Below are positions 39,346 to 48,439 of a stretch of DNA of 64,000 nt, piece by piece; within the stretch, counting starts at the first letter, position 1, and each line of letters starts with the position of its first letter. The DNA is from Occultella glacieicola. GTDB lineage: Bacteria; Actinomycetota; Actinomycetes; Actinomycetales; Beutenbergiaceae. The translations under genes and the position numbers were made by a program. The DNA is taken from contig NZ_SMNA01000002.1 in the NCBI RefSeq assembly GCF_004353825.1, forward strand, positions 310,001-374,000, written 5' to 3'. Below the pieces are notes generated by a model, which worked only from the letters and a program-made list of their open reading frames with translations, was not told where the DNA came from and did no database searches.

Positions 39346-41370
39346 TCAACCGCCGGCGACCACCCCGAGGACGGCCGGCCCGTAGCGAGCCAGTTTCGCC
39401 TCCCCCACGCCGGAGATCCCGCTCAGGACCGCCTCATCGGCCGGGCGGGCTTGCGCGATCCCGGCCAGCGTGGCGTCGTTGAACACCACGTAGGCGGGCA
39501 CACCCTGCTCCTTGGCGACCTCCGCCCGCCAGGTGCGCAACCGCTGGAACAGCTCCTGCGCCGTGTCATCGAGGTCCAGTGCGGCGCCGCCCTTGGCCTT
39601 CGCGGCCCGCGGTGCCCGGCTGCGCTCCGGCTCGATGCGCAGCATCACCTCCCGGCGGCCGCCGAGCACGTCGGCGGCGGCCTCGGTCAGGGCGAGCACG
39701 CCGTACTCCCCCTGCACCTGCAGCAGGCCCTGCGCGAGCAGCTGGCGCACCACCCCACGCCACTCGGCGTCACCGAGCTCGGTACCGATCCCGAACGTGC
39801 TGAGCTCGGTGTGCCGGAACTTGACCATCCGTTCGGTCTCCCGGCCGAGCAGGATGTCGACGAGGTGCCCGGCTCCGAACTGTTGGCCGCGTTCGCGCTG
39901 CAGCCGCAGGATCGTGGACATCACCTTCTGCGCCGGCACCGTGCCGTCGAAGGACTTCGGCGGGGACAGGCAGGTGTCGCAGTTCCCGCACGGGCCCGCG
40001 CCGGACTCGCCGAAGTAGGCGAGCAACTGCTGCCGACGGCACCGCACGGTCTCGCAGAGGGCGAGCATCGCGTCCAGATGCAGCGACTGGGCCCGCTTGC
40101 GCTGGGCGTCTCCCTCGCCGTCGGCGATCATCCGGCGCTGCTGGACGACGTCCTGAAGACCGTAGGCGAGCCATGCCGTGGACGGCAGGCCGTCCCGCCC
40201 GGCCCGGCCGGTCTCCTGGTAGTACCCCTCGACGCTCTTGGGCAGGTCGAGGTGCGCCACGAACCGCACGTCCGGTTTGTCGATGCCCATCCCGAACGCG
40301 ATCGTGGCGACCATGATGACGCCCTCCTCGCGGAGGAACCGGGACTGGTTCGCGGCCCGCTGCTGCGCCGGGAGTCCCGCGTGGTACGGGAGCGCGGCGT
40401 GCCCCTGACCCGCGAGCCACTCGGCGGTGCGCTCCACGGAGGCCCGGCTGAGGCAGTAGACGATGCCGGCCTCCCCCGGGTAGGACTCGATGAGCCGCAA
40501 CAGCTGGGGCCGCGCCTGGGCCTTCGGGGTGATCCGGTACTGGATGTTCGGCCGGTCGAAGCTGGACACGAACACCCGGGCATCGCCGAGGTCGAGGTTC
40601 GTGACGATCTCGGCGCGGGTGGCCTCGGTGGCGGTCGCGGTGAGCGCGATCCGCGGCACGTCCGGCCACCGCTCGTGCAGCATCGAGAGCCCGAGGTAGT
40701 CCGGTCGGAAGTCGTGCCCCCATTGCGCCACGCAGTGTGCCTCGTCGATCGCGAACAGCGCGATCCGGGCCGCGTCGAGCAGGCCGGCGGCCGCGGTCAG
40801 GCGCTCCGGGGCGAGGTAGAGCAGGTCGATCTCCCCGGTGAGCAGCCGCTCCTCGGTGTCGCGCCGCTCGGCGGCCGACTGCGTCGAGTTCAGGAACGCC
40901 GCCCGCACGCCCAGCAGCGCCAGGGCCTCCACCTGGTCATGCATCAGGGCGATCAGCGGGCTGATCACCACGCCGGTGCCCTCCCGGACCAGGGCCGGGA
41001 TCTGGTAGCACAGGCTCTTGCCGCCGCCTGTCGGCATCAGCACGAGGGCGTCACCGCCGGCCACCACGGTGTCGATGATCTCCGCCTGGTCGCCGCGGAA
41101 GGCGTCATATCCCCAGACGGCGGAGAGCGCCTCGAGGGGCGAGCTCGCCGTGGGCGGGGCAGCCCGGGGCGCACCCGCCGGCGGCCGGGGCGCGACGGCC
41201 GGCCGGCCGGGCGCGACGCCGGCCCGCCCGGTGGCCGCGACCAGCCGGCCGGGCTCCGGCGCGTCCCAGTCGCTCAGGTACTCCGGTGGCGGCGGGTCGT
41301 CCCAGTCCGGCGGCGGCTCGCCCCACGGGTCCTCGGTCGGCGACTCGTCGCTCCTGCGCTCCTCAACCAC
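39346..41370 (-). CDS. recQ: DNA helicase RecQ
   Basis: [51 protein letters not shown], Zn-binding CGNCDTC, C-terminal HRDC. Confidence 0.95.
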   Translation of the reverse strand: MVEERRSDESPTEDPWGEPPPDWDDPPPPEYLSDWDAPEPGRLVAATGRAGVAPGRPAVAPRPPAGAPRAAPPTASSPLEALSAVWGYDAFRGDQAEIIDTVVAGGDALVLMPTGGGKSLCYQIPALVREGTGVVISPLIALMHDQVEALALLGVRAAFLNSTQSAAERRDTEERLLTGEIDLLYLAPERLTAAAGLLDAARIALFAIDEAHCVAQWGHDFRPDYLGLSMLHERWPDVPRIALTATATEATRAEIVTNLDLGDARVFVSSFDRPNIQYRITPKAQARPQLLRLIESYPGEAGIVYCLSRASVERTAEWLAGQGHAALPYHAGLPAQQRAANQSRFLREEGVIMVATIAFGMGIDKPDVRFVAHLDLPKSVEGYYQETGRAGRDGLPSTAWLAYGLQDVVQQRRMIADGEGDAQRKRAQSLHLDAMLALCETVRCRRQQLLAYFGESGAGPCGNCDTCLSPPKSFDGTVPAQKVMSTILRLQRERGQQFGAGHLVDILLGRETERMVKFRHTELSTFGIGTELGDAEWRGVVRQLLAQGLLQVQGEYGVLALTEAAADVLGGRREVMLRIEPERSRAPRAAKAKGGAALDLDDTAQELFQRLRTWRAEVAKEQGVPAYVVFNDATLAGIAQARPADEAVLSGISGVGEAKLARYGPAVLGVVAGG

Positions 41371-41410
41371 CCGGCCAGCCTATGCGCCGGGCCCGACGGT
41401 CGGCGCCGGC

Positions 41411-43129
41411 CTACCTCCTGCTCGCCAGCGAGGTCCCGTCCACGGCGGAAGGGTCCGGCGCACTCACCGCGGCGCCACCGGCGACCGGTCGCGCGGAGGC
41501 CGACCGATGCGGCCCCGGCGCCGAGGTCTGCGTCCCCTCCGCGAGCTCGGCCGGCACCGGGGCCTCGGCGGGCACCGTGGACTCGACCTGGACCTCCCGC
41601 TCGATCCGGGTCGCCAGCGGCTTCTCCTCGATGAAGCACAGCAGGATCGCCGCGAGCACCGCGAGCGGTGCGATGACCAGGTAGATCGGTGTCAGGGCGT
41701 CGTTGTAGGCCTCCACGATCGGGATCCGCAACCCGTCGTCGAGGTGCTTGACCACGTCCGGGGTGAGCGCGTTCACGCCGCCGTCCACGGCCGCGTCGGC
41801 TCCCGGCAGTCGCTCGGTCAGCAGGCCGAGCAGCCGGGCCGAGAAGACGCTCCCCACGACGGCCGACCCGAGCGTGCCTCCGATCTGCCGGAAGAAGTTG
41901 TTCGAGGCGGTGGCCGTGCCGACCTGGGTCACCGGGAACGAGTTCTGCACCACCAGGACCAGGATCTGCATGCTGGCGCCCAGGCCCACGCCGAGCACGG
42001 CCAAGTAGGCACAGGCCACCCAGATCGCGGTCTGCGCGGTCAGCGTGGACAGGCCCACCAGCGCGGCCGCGAGCAACACGGCCCCGGCGATCGGCAGCCA
42101 CTTGTACCGTCCGGTGCGGCTCACGTACCAGCCGGACGCCGTGGAGACCAGCAGCATCGATCCCATCATCGGCACCATGAGCAGCCCCGACGCGGTTGCG
42201 TCCTGCCCCGCGACCATCTGGAGGTAGGTGGGCATGTAGCCGAGCACGCCGAACATCCCGATGCCGATGAACAGCCCGGCCACCGTGGTCAGGTTGAAGT
42301 TGCGGTCGGCGAACAGGCGCAGCGGGATGATCGGCTCCCGGGTGCGGCCCTCGACGAACACGAACAGAGCGGCGCTGACCAGGGTGCCGGCGATCAGGCC
42401 GAGGATGAGCGGTGAGTTCCACGCGTAGTGCGACCCACCCCAGGTGCCGAGCAGCACCAGGCACGTCGTGCCGACGGCGATCAGGGCCATCCCGCCGAAG
42501 TCGAGGTGCGGGCGACCGCGGCGCCGCTGCGGCAGCGGCATCAGGAAGAGCGCGGCAGCCAGGGCGGCCAGGCCGAGCGGGATGTTCATCCAGAACGCCC
42601 ACCGCCAGCCGGGGCCCTCCGTGAGCCAACCGCCCAGCAGCGGGCCGGCCACCGAGGAGAACGCGAAGACGCCGCCCATGATCCCCATGTACTTGCCGCG
42701 CTCGCGAGGTGGGACCACGTCGGCGATGATCGCCTGGGACAGGATGATCAGCCCGCCACCGCCGAGACCCTGGATGGTCCGGCCGACGATCAGGCCGGTC
42801 ATGTCGATGGTGAGCGCACTGACCACCGACCCGATCATGAACAGCACGATGGCGCCGACCAGCAGCGGCTTGCGACCGATCAGGTCACCGAGTTTCCCGT
42901 AGACCGGCATCATCACGGTCGAGGCCAGGATGTAGACGGTGATCACCCACACCATCAGGTGGGCACCCTGCAGTTCGCCGACGAGGGTCGGCAGGGCGGT
43001 CGCCAGGATCGTCTGGTTCAGGGACGCGAGCAGCATCGACAGGATCAACCCGGCGAACAACAGCGCCAGAGCACGGCGGTCGAGCAGGGTTCCGGAGGAC
43101 CCACCGGGGGTGGTGGGGGCGGTTGTCAT
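41411..43129 (-). CDS. DHA2 (14-TM) MFS drug efflux transporter
   Basis: GKLGDLIGRK, GRTIQGLGGGG, WRWAFWMNIPLG, FFRQIGGTLG. Confidence 0.92.
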   Translation of the reverse strand: MTTAPTTPGGSSGTLLDRRALALLFAGLILSMLLASLNQTILATALPTLVGELQGAHLMVWVITVYILASTVMMPVYGKLGDLIGRKPLLVGAIVLFMIGSVVSALTIDMTGLIVGRTIQGLGGGGLIILSQAIIADVVPPRERGKYMGIMGGVFAFSSVAGPLLGGWLTEGPGWRWAFWMNIPLGLAALAAALFLMPLPQRRRGRPHLDFGGMALIAVGTTCLVLLGTWGGSHYAWNSPLILGLIAGTLVSAALFVFVEGRTREPIIPLRLFADRNFNLTTVAGLFIGIGMFGVLGYMPTYLQMVAGQDATASGLLMVPMMGSMLLVSTASGWYVSRTGRYKWLPIAGAVLLAAALVGLSTLTAQTAIWVACAYLAVLGVGLGASMQILVLVVQNSFPVTQVGTATASNNFFRQIGGTLGSAVVGSVFSARLLGLLTERLPGADAAVDGGVNALTPDVVKHLDDGLRIPIVEAYNDALTPIYLVIAPLAVLAAILLCFIEEKPLATRIEREVQVESTVPAEAPVPAELAEGTQTSAPGPHRSASARPVAGGAAVSAPDPSAVDGTSLASRR

Positions 43130-43734
43130 GACTTCGTTACTACCTCTCGGAGCAGGTCCACGGCTTCGTCGAGGACGTCGTCGACGTCGTCTCGAAGGAT
43201 GAAGGTCGGGTCGTTCGTGGCGGCGAAGGTCAGCGCGGCGGAGGCCATCGAGATCAGCATCCGCACGTGTGGTTCGTCGAGCTCGCGCCCGATCACCTGG
43301 GCGATCCGCTCCGTGACGACCTCCGTGACGATCGCCTCGGTCTCCCGGAACGACTCGGTGCGGTGCCGGATCAGTTCCGGGTGCCGGTCGAAGATCTCCC
43401 GGCGGCGGGTGCGGCTCAAGGCACTGCCGGAGGCCGTCCGCGCGACCGCGAGGAGCAGCCGGGTGGTGCGCTTGAGCAGTTGTCCGTCCTGGGGCGCGTC
43501 CAGGAACTCCTGGCGGGTGGCCGGGTCGAGGTGGGGTCGCCGCAGCCCGACGACGGCGTGTTCCTTCGTCGGGAAGTAGTTGAAGAACGTCCGTGTCGAG
43601 ACGTTGGCGCGGGCAGCGATCGCGTCCACGGTCACCGCGGCGAGCCCTCCGGAGAGGACCATCGCCGCCGCCGTCTCGTGCAACGTCCCCCAGGTCTCGG
43701 CGCGCTTACGCTCCCGGAGCGAGGTTTCCTGCAC
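43126..43734 (-). CDS. TetR family transcriptional regulator
   Basis: LRERKRAET, VTVDAIAARANVSTRTFFNYFPTKE; ATGA overlap with the MFS gene. Confidence 0.9.
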   Translation of the reverse strand: MQETSLRERKRAETWGTLHETAAAMVLSGGLAAVTVDAIAARANVSTRTFFNYFPTKEHAVVGLRRPHLDPATRQEFLDAPQDGQLLKRTTRLLLAVARTASGSALSRTRRREIFDRHPELIRHRTESFRETEAIVTEVVTERIAQVIGRELDEPHVRMLISMASAALTFAATNDPTFILRDDVDDVLDEAVDLLREVVTKS

Positions 43735-43744
43735 CTCTGCATTT

Positions 43745-43758
43745 TTGCATGACTGCAA
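43745..43758. promoter_or_regulatory. Probable TetR operator
   Basis: TTGCA-TGAC-TGCAA palindrome in an AT-rich patch 10 nt upstream of the tetR start. Confidence 0.6.
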
Positions 43759-43825
43759 TATTCTGACAAGAGCGTCGTCCACAGGGTCTCCGCACGCCCG
43801 ACGGCGGAGCGCGAGCATCGTCGGT

Positions 43826-46800
43826 ATGCCGACGTCGAGCACGGGGCCTGGGGTCGCTCCGGCCACCACCCGGTTCCATCTGGCGGTGGTCCGGGGTCCT
43901 GACGCGGGCTGGGTGGCGCCGCTCGGCGCGACGCCGGTCCTCCTCGGCCGGGGGCCGACAGCCACCCTCGCGCTCGAGGACCCGCAACTCTCCCGCGAGC
44001 ACCTCCTGGTCGGGGCGCGTGGCGGGCGCCTACGCGCCCGGGACCTGGGGTCCGCGAACGGCACCGTCCTGATCCGGGCTCGCCGGACTGCGCGCGGCCA
44101 CATCAGCGACACCGCGGGCTCCGCCGGCCCCGGCCGCCGCGCCCGCCGCCTGCGCGGCCGGTGGCGAGTGCTGCGCGAGGGTGACCGGATCCGGGCGGGT
44201 GCGAGCGTGGTCGAGGTCCGCCGGCACCCGTCGCTGCGGCAAACGGCAGGCTCGACAGGTTCGACAGGTTCGGCAGGTACCGCCACCGTCGGCGACGGAC
44301 TGCTCGGACGGCTGCTGTTCCCGCTGATCATGTGCGTGACCTCGGTGCCCCTGCTGCTCTCTGGCTCGGGCCCGTGGCGGCTGGTCCTGGCGGTCGCACT
44401 GCCCGTGGTTCTGCTCGGCTCCGTGCTCTGGCCGCTTGTGGCCCAACGCCGCCGCCGTCGCCAGGTGCGGACCGGCCCACCTCGCGCGGACGCCCCCACC
44501 GAACCGGAGCCGGACGCCGGCCCGGACGATCCGGCCGGGCTCCTCATGGCCGCGAGTGCGCCTCCACGCACCGGCCGGCAGGAGGAGTGGCGCGCTCTGC
44601 CGACTCTGCCGACTCTGCCGGCTCTGCCCACTCTGCCGGTCTGGGAGATCGGCGATGCGAGCCCGCCCTCGGGACGGCGACCTGCGCCGTCGACCGCTCG
44701 GGTTCGCCGCGACCACGAGCGGGCCCGCTATCTGTCCGGCGGCACCAGGGCACTGGCGCTCGTCGGCCGGCCGGAGGACGTGACCGCGCTCGCCCGGTGG
44801 ATGGTCTGCCGGCTCGCGGCGCGGCTCCCGCCGAGCCGGCTGCACCTCGACCTCCCCACCGGCTGGGACTGGGCGACCGCGCTGCCACACCGGGTGCCCG
44901 GGACGGAGCCGGGCCGGCTCGAGGTCCACGTGGTCGAGGGGCCCGCCGGCGGTGCACCTTCCGGCGGCCCGAGCATCGTGCTCGCCCGCGACCTGGCCGA
45001 GGTGCCGTCCTGGTGCGAGCGCGCGATCGAGGTCCGCTCCGGCCACGACCGCCAGGTGGGCGAGCGCTGGGCCGCCACCGTGTGTGCCGCCGTCGTCGCG
45101 GCGACCCATCGCCCCGATCTCCTCCCGGACGCGGTGTCGATCGAGGCGACCGTAGGCCCGGGCGAGGTCGCCGGGATCGTCCGCGGCTGGGCCGCCGCGA
45201 CCGGACTGGCCGCCGTCCTCGGCGTCGGCCCCGCCGGCCCGCTCCGCCTCGATCTCGCCACCGAGGGCCCGCACGCCCTCGTCGCCGGCACCACCGGTTC
45301 GGGCAAGTCCGAACTCCTGCTGTCCTGGCTGCTCGGCCTCGCCCACGCCCGCTCGCCCGCGGACCTGACCCTCGTGCTGATCGACTACAAGGGTGGCGCG
45401 ACGTTCCGGCCGGTCGCCGGCGTGCCGCACGTGGCCGGGGTGCTCAGCGACCTCGACGCGGCGGGCACCACCCGGGCGCTGGCGAGCCTGCGCGCGGAGC
45501 TGCGCCGCCGCGAGCGGCTGCTGGCCGCGTCCGGGTCGGCGACCCTCGCCGAGCACCGGGCCCGGGTCGCGGCCGAGGTGCGACCGCCGGCGCTGGTCGT
45601 CATGGTCGACGAGTTCCGGGCGATGGCCGACGAGCACCCCGACTTCCTCGACGCCCTGGTACGCCTGGCCGCACAGGGCCGCTCGCTCGGCATCCACCTG
45701 GTGCTGGCCACCCAACGCCCGGCCGGCGCGGTGACCCCGGACATGCGCGCGAACCTCACGGTCAGGATCTGCCTGCGGGTGCTCGAGGACGCCGACTCGA
45801 TCGACCTGATCGGCGACGCCTCGGCGGCCCGGCTGCCCGCGGTGCCGGGCCGGGCCGTGGTGCTGGCCGGGGAGCGCACGCTGGTGCAGGTCCCCTGGAC
45901 GGGCCCGCCCGACGAAGGCGCGGTGCCCAGGTTGGTGGGCCGGCTGCGGGCAGCCGCGGCGCAGGTCGAGGCGCAGGAGCCGTGGCGGACGCGGCCCCCG
46001 CGGCCCTGGGCCGAGCCCCTGCCGGACCGGATCGACGTGGACGACCTCAGCGTCGACTCTGTCGACACCGTCGACACTGTCGACACCCGCCCCGACGGCG
46101 CACGAGACCCCGGGTTCGGGTCGCGAGTGGCGCCGGCGCTGCCGCTGCTGCTGACCGACCTGCCCGACGAGCAACGGCTCGGCGCCTGGTCGTGGCCGGT
46201 CACCTCGACGCTCCTGGTCAGCGGTCCACCGGGCTCCGGCCGGACCACCGTGCTGGGCACCCTGGCGGAGCTGGCGCGCCGATCCGGGATACCCACGCAC
46301 GTGATCGCCGAGGACATGGCCGCGGTCGTGCCCGTCGCCTCCGGCGGACTGCACCCGCACGGCACGGCGTGCCCGCCCGAGGACTCCCGCCGGGCACGTC
46401 GCCTCGTCGAACTGCTGACCGCGGGCACCGGCGCCGCGCAGATCCTGCTCGTCGATGACGTCGACGTGCTCTGCCGGGCGCTCGACGAGACCGGAAGCAT
46501 CGGCGCGGGCGTCGACCTGGTCACGGAGCTGCTGCGCCGGGCCCGCCGGGCGGGGGTCGGGGTGGTGCTGACCTGCACCGGGGCGTCGACCCGCTGGGCG
46601 CCGTTGGTCGCGGACCGGCTGGTCCTCGCGCCGCAGGACCTCGGCGACGCCCTCGTGGCCGGTGTGCCCCGCGAGCTGGTGGGCTCCGGCGGACCGGCGG
46701 GGCGGGGCGTCCTGATCACCCCGGACGCATCCCGGGTGGCGCAGGTGGCGGTCGCCCAGGTGGCGCCGGACCGGCACCTGCGTCCGGCGCGGGCACCGGT

Positions 46801-47419
46801 GCGGCTGGCCGCCCTTCCCACCCGGGTCCTGCTGGCCGAGGTGCCCGTCACAGGTCACGACCGGCAGGGCCGCGCCGGTGGCCCGCTCGTGCTCGGCGTC
46901 GGCGGCGACGAGGCCACCGCGGTCATCCGGGACCTGCCCGACGGCGGCACCTGGCTGATCGCCGGACCGGCCGGCTCGGGCCGCACCCGTGCGCTCCGGA
47001 TGCTCGCCGACCAGCTCCGCGCCGGCGGGCGGACCGTTCTCGACGGACCCGGAGACCTCGCCGGATCGGTGACGGCCGCCGGCCGCAGTGGCGCCGACAC
47101 CCTCCCGGCACGCGGCCCGGTGCTGCTCCTCGACGACGTGGACCGGCTTCCCGCCGCGACCCTGACCGAGGTCGCGCAGGCCTGCACCACCGGAACCGCC
47201 GTGATCGCGACGGCCCGTCCGGAGCCGTTGCTCGGTCTGTACCACGAGGTCGGAGCGAGGCTGCGGGAGGCACCGCTGATGATCGTCCTCGGCCCGGCCG
47301 GGCCGGCCGCGCACCTGACCGGGATCGACCTGCGCCGTCACGCCGACGCCGACCCCGGCCCCGGTCGGGGGGTGCTGGTCGACGGCGGGCGGCCCACGCC
47401 GATCCAGCTCGCGGGCTAG
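43826..47419 (+). CDS. FHA-domain FtsK/SpoIIIE (EccC/EssC-like) membrane ATPase
   Basis: FHA LGRG..DPQLSREH..DLGSANGT; two TM helices; ATPase 1 GPHALVAGTTGSGKSE, DYKGG, VDEF, GRSLGIHLVLATQRP; divergent ATPases 2 and 3 (GPPGSGRT, GPAGSGRT). Confidence 0.88.
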   Translation: MPTSSTGPGVAPATTRFHLAVVRGPDAGWVAPLGATPVLLGRGPTATLALEDPQLSREHLLVGARGGRLRARDLGSANGTVLIRARRTARGHISDTAGSAGPGRRARRLRGRWRVLREGDRIRAGASVVEVRRHPSLRQTAGSTGSTGSAGTATVGDGLLGRLLFPLIMCVTSVPLLLSGSGPWRLVLAVALPVVLLGSVLWPLVAQRRRRRQVRTGPPRADAPTEPEPDAGPDDPAGLLMAASAPPRTGRQEEWRALPTLPTLPALPTLPVWEIGDASPPSGRRPAPSTARVRRDHERARYLSGGTRALALVGRPEDVTALARWMVCRLAARLPPSRLHLDLPTGWDWATALPHRVPGTEPGRLEVHVVEGPAGGAPSGGPSIVLARDLAEVPSWCERAIEVRSGHDRQVGERWAATVCAAVVAATHRPDLLPDAVSIEATVGPGEVAGIVRGWAAATGLAAVLGVGPAGPLRLDLATEGPHALVAGTTGSGKSELLLSWLLGLAHARSPADLTLVLIDYKGGATFRPVAGVPHVAGVLSDLDAAGTTRALASLRAELRRRERLLAASGSATLAEHRARVAAEVRPPALVVMVDEFRAMADEHPDFLDALVRLAAQGRSLGIHLVLATQRPAGAVTPDMRANLTVRICLRVLEDADSIDLIGDASAARLPAVPGRAVVLAGERTLVQVPWTGPPDEGAVPRLVGRLRAAAAQVEAQEPWRTRPPRPWAEPLPDRIDVDDLSVDSVDTVDTVDTRPDGARDPGFGSRVAPALPLLLTDLPDEQRLGAWSWPVTSTLLVSGPPGSGRTTVLGTLAELARRSGIPTHVIAEDMAAVVPVASGGLHPHGTACPPEDSRRARRLVELLTAGTGAAQILLVDDVDVLCRALDETGSIGAGVDLVTELLRRARRAGVGVVLTCTGASTRWAPLVADRLVLAPQDLGDALVAGVPRELVGSGGPAGRGVLITPDASRVAQVAVAQVAPDRHLRPARAPVRLAALPTRVLLAEVPVTGHDRQGRAGGPLVLGVGGDEATAVIRDLPDGGTWLIAGPAGSGRTRALRMLADQLRAGGRTVLDGPGDLAGSVTAAGRSGADTLPARGPVLLLDDVDRLPAATLTEVAQACTTGTAVIATARPEPLLGLYHEVGARLREAPLMIVLGPAGPAAHLTGIDLRRHADADPGPGRGVLVDGGRPTPIQLAG
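44595..44639 (+). repeat. 9-bp tandem repeat (CTCTGCCnn x5) encoding LPT/LPA in a linker
   Basis: CTCTGCCGA CTCTGCCGA CTCTGCCGG CTCTGCCCA CTCTGCCGG. Confidence 0.85.
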
Positions 47420-47856
47420 GCGACCGCGTCCGGGCCGCCCGCACCCGACGTCGCGGCGAGCGAGGCGGGCACGAGCAGCGTCACGACGACGACCACGGCG
47501 AGCACCATCGGCACGGTCGCCGCCCACCAGGGCACCGAGGCGTAGGATGCCGCGCCCACGGCGAACTGGAGCAGCTGCCAGGTGATCACCGGGCCCCGGC
47601 CCCACCGCTTGCCTTGCCAGAGCGCCCGCACAGCCAGGAAGAGCAGGCCGCCGATCAGGAGCAGGACCACGAGCACTCCGGCAGCGAAGCCGGCGAACGC
47701 CGCGTCCCCGGCGAGGGCGAGCACCACTGAGGCGACCCCGATCACGACCAGTCCGACGGCCTCGAGGAGCGCCACCGCGAGCCCGATCCGCAAGGACAGC
47801 GGGCGGTCGTCCGGCCGAGCCGGGCCCGGATCCGATGGGCTGGAGGTCGTGGACAC
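47416..47856 (-). CDS. Conserved-type actinobacterial 4-TM membrane protein
   Basis: LLEAVGL, LWQGKRWGRGPVITWQLLQ; TAGAGT -10 box 7 nt before GTG. Confidence 0.75.
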   Translation of the reverse strand: MSTTSSPSDPGPARPDDRPLSLRIGLAVALLEAVGLVVIGVASVVLALAGDAAFAGFAAGVLVVLLLIGGLLFLAVRALWQGKRWGRGPVITWQLLQFAVGAASYASVPWWAATVPMVLAVVVVVTLLVPASLAATSGAGGPDAVA

Positions 47857-47961
47857 GGGCCCCACTCTAAGCGAGCGCGACAGCCCCACTCGAGCGCCCG
47901 GGGCGACCTCCGCCGTCGGGCCCGGAGCACACGAGCGGCACACCGATCAAGGCGCCGATCC

Positions 47962-47977
47962 TGTGAAGAATGTCTCA
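47962..47977. promoter_or_regulatory. CRP/GlxR-like binding site upstream of whiB1
   Basis: TGTGA-AGAATG-TCTCA, one mismatch to TGTGA-N6-TCACA. Confidence 0.55.
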
Positions 47978-48132
47978 GGGTCACGAAGTTGAAACTTTGT
48001 CGTAACCCCTTGTGCACGTTCAAATACCATGTGAAAGTTGTTCCCAGAGATTCACGCGAGTCGCGGAACTCCCCCCACCAACTCGGTCTGAGAAGGCCAC
48101 GCACTCGCACGCGCCCACACAAGGAGAACGCA

Positions 48133-48381
48133 ATGGATTGGCGTAACAACGCGTCCTGTCTGACCGAGGACCCCGAGCTCTTCTTCCCCATCGGGAACAC
48201 CGGTCCCGCGCTCGTGCAGATCGAGGAGGCGAAGGCCGTGTGCCGCCGTTGCCCGGTCGTGGACACGTGCCTGAAGTGGGCGATCGAGTCCGGCCAGGAC
48301 GCGGGCGTCTGGGGCGGCATGTCCGAGGACGAGCGCCGCGCGCTGAAGCGCCGCACCGCCCGGGCCCGCCGCGCCGGCTGA
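48133..48381 (+). CDS. whiB1: WhiB1-like Fe-S transcriptional regulator
   Basis: MDWR..CLTEDPELFFPIGNTGPA, four Cys, GVWGGMSEDERRALKRR; AAGGAG RBS; convergent with pdtaS as in mycobacteria. Confidence 0.93.
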   Translation: MDWRNNASCLTEDPELFFPIGNTGPALVQIEEAKAVCRRCPVVDTCLKWAIESGQDAGVWGGMSEDERRALKRRTARARRAG

Positions 48382-48398
48382 GCCACACTGCTCCGTTT

Positions 48399-48435
48399 CG
48401 AACGGCCGGATCGCCTGGGGCGGTCCGGCCGTTCG
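48399..48435. terminator. Bidirectional terminator-like hairpin between whiB1 and pdtaS
   Basis: CGAACGGCCGGATCGCC / GGCGGTCCGGCCGTTCG. Confidence 0.7.
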
Positions 48436-48439
48436 CATG

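Noticed and set aside
38152..41634. 1160-aa plus-strand ORF, and similar long ORFs such as 44030..47605, 36266..38893, 54263..56491 and 356..2491
   Set aside because: Shadow ORFs overlapping well-supported genes; stop codons are rare at this GC content and the translations are Arg/Gly/Pro-rich with no domain motifs
43580..44631. Long mutual overlap of the tetR ORF (to 44631) and the FtsK-like ORF (from 43580)
   Set aside because: Artefact of taking the most upstream starts; starts at 43734 and 43826 leave a 91-bp divergent promoter with an operator
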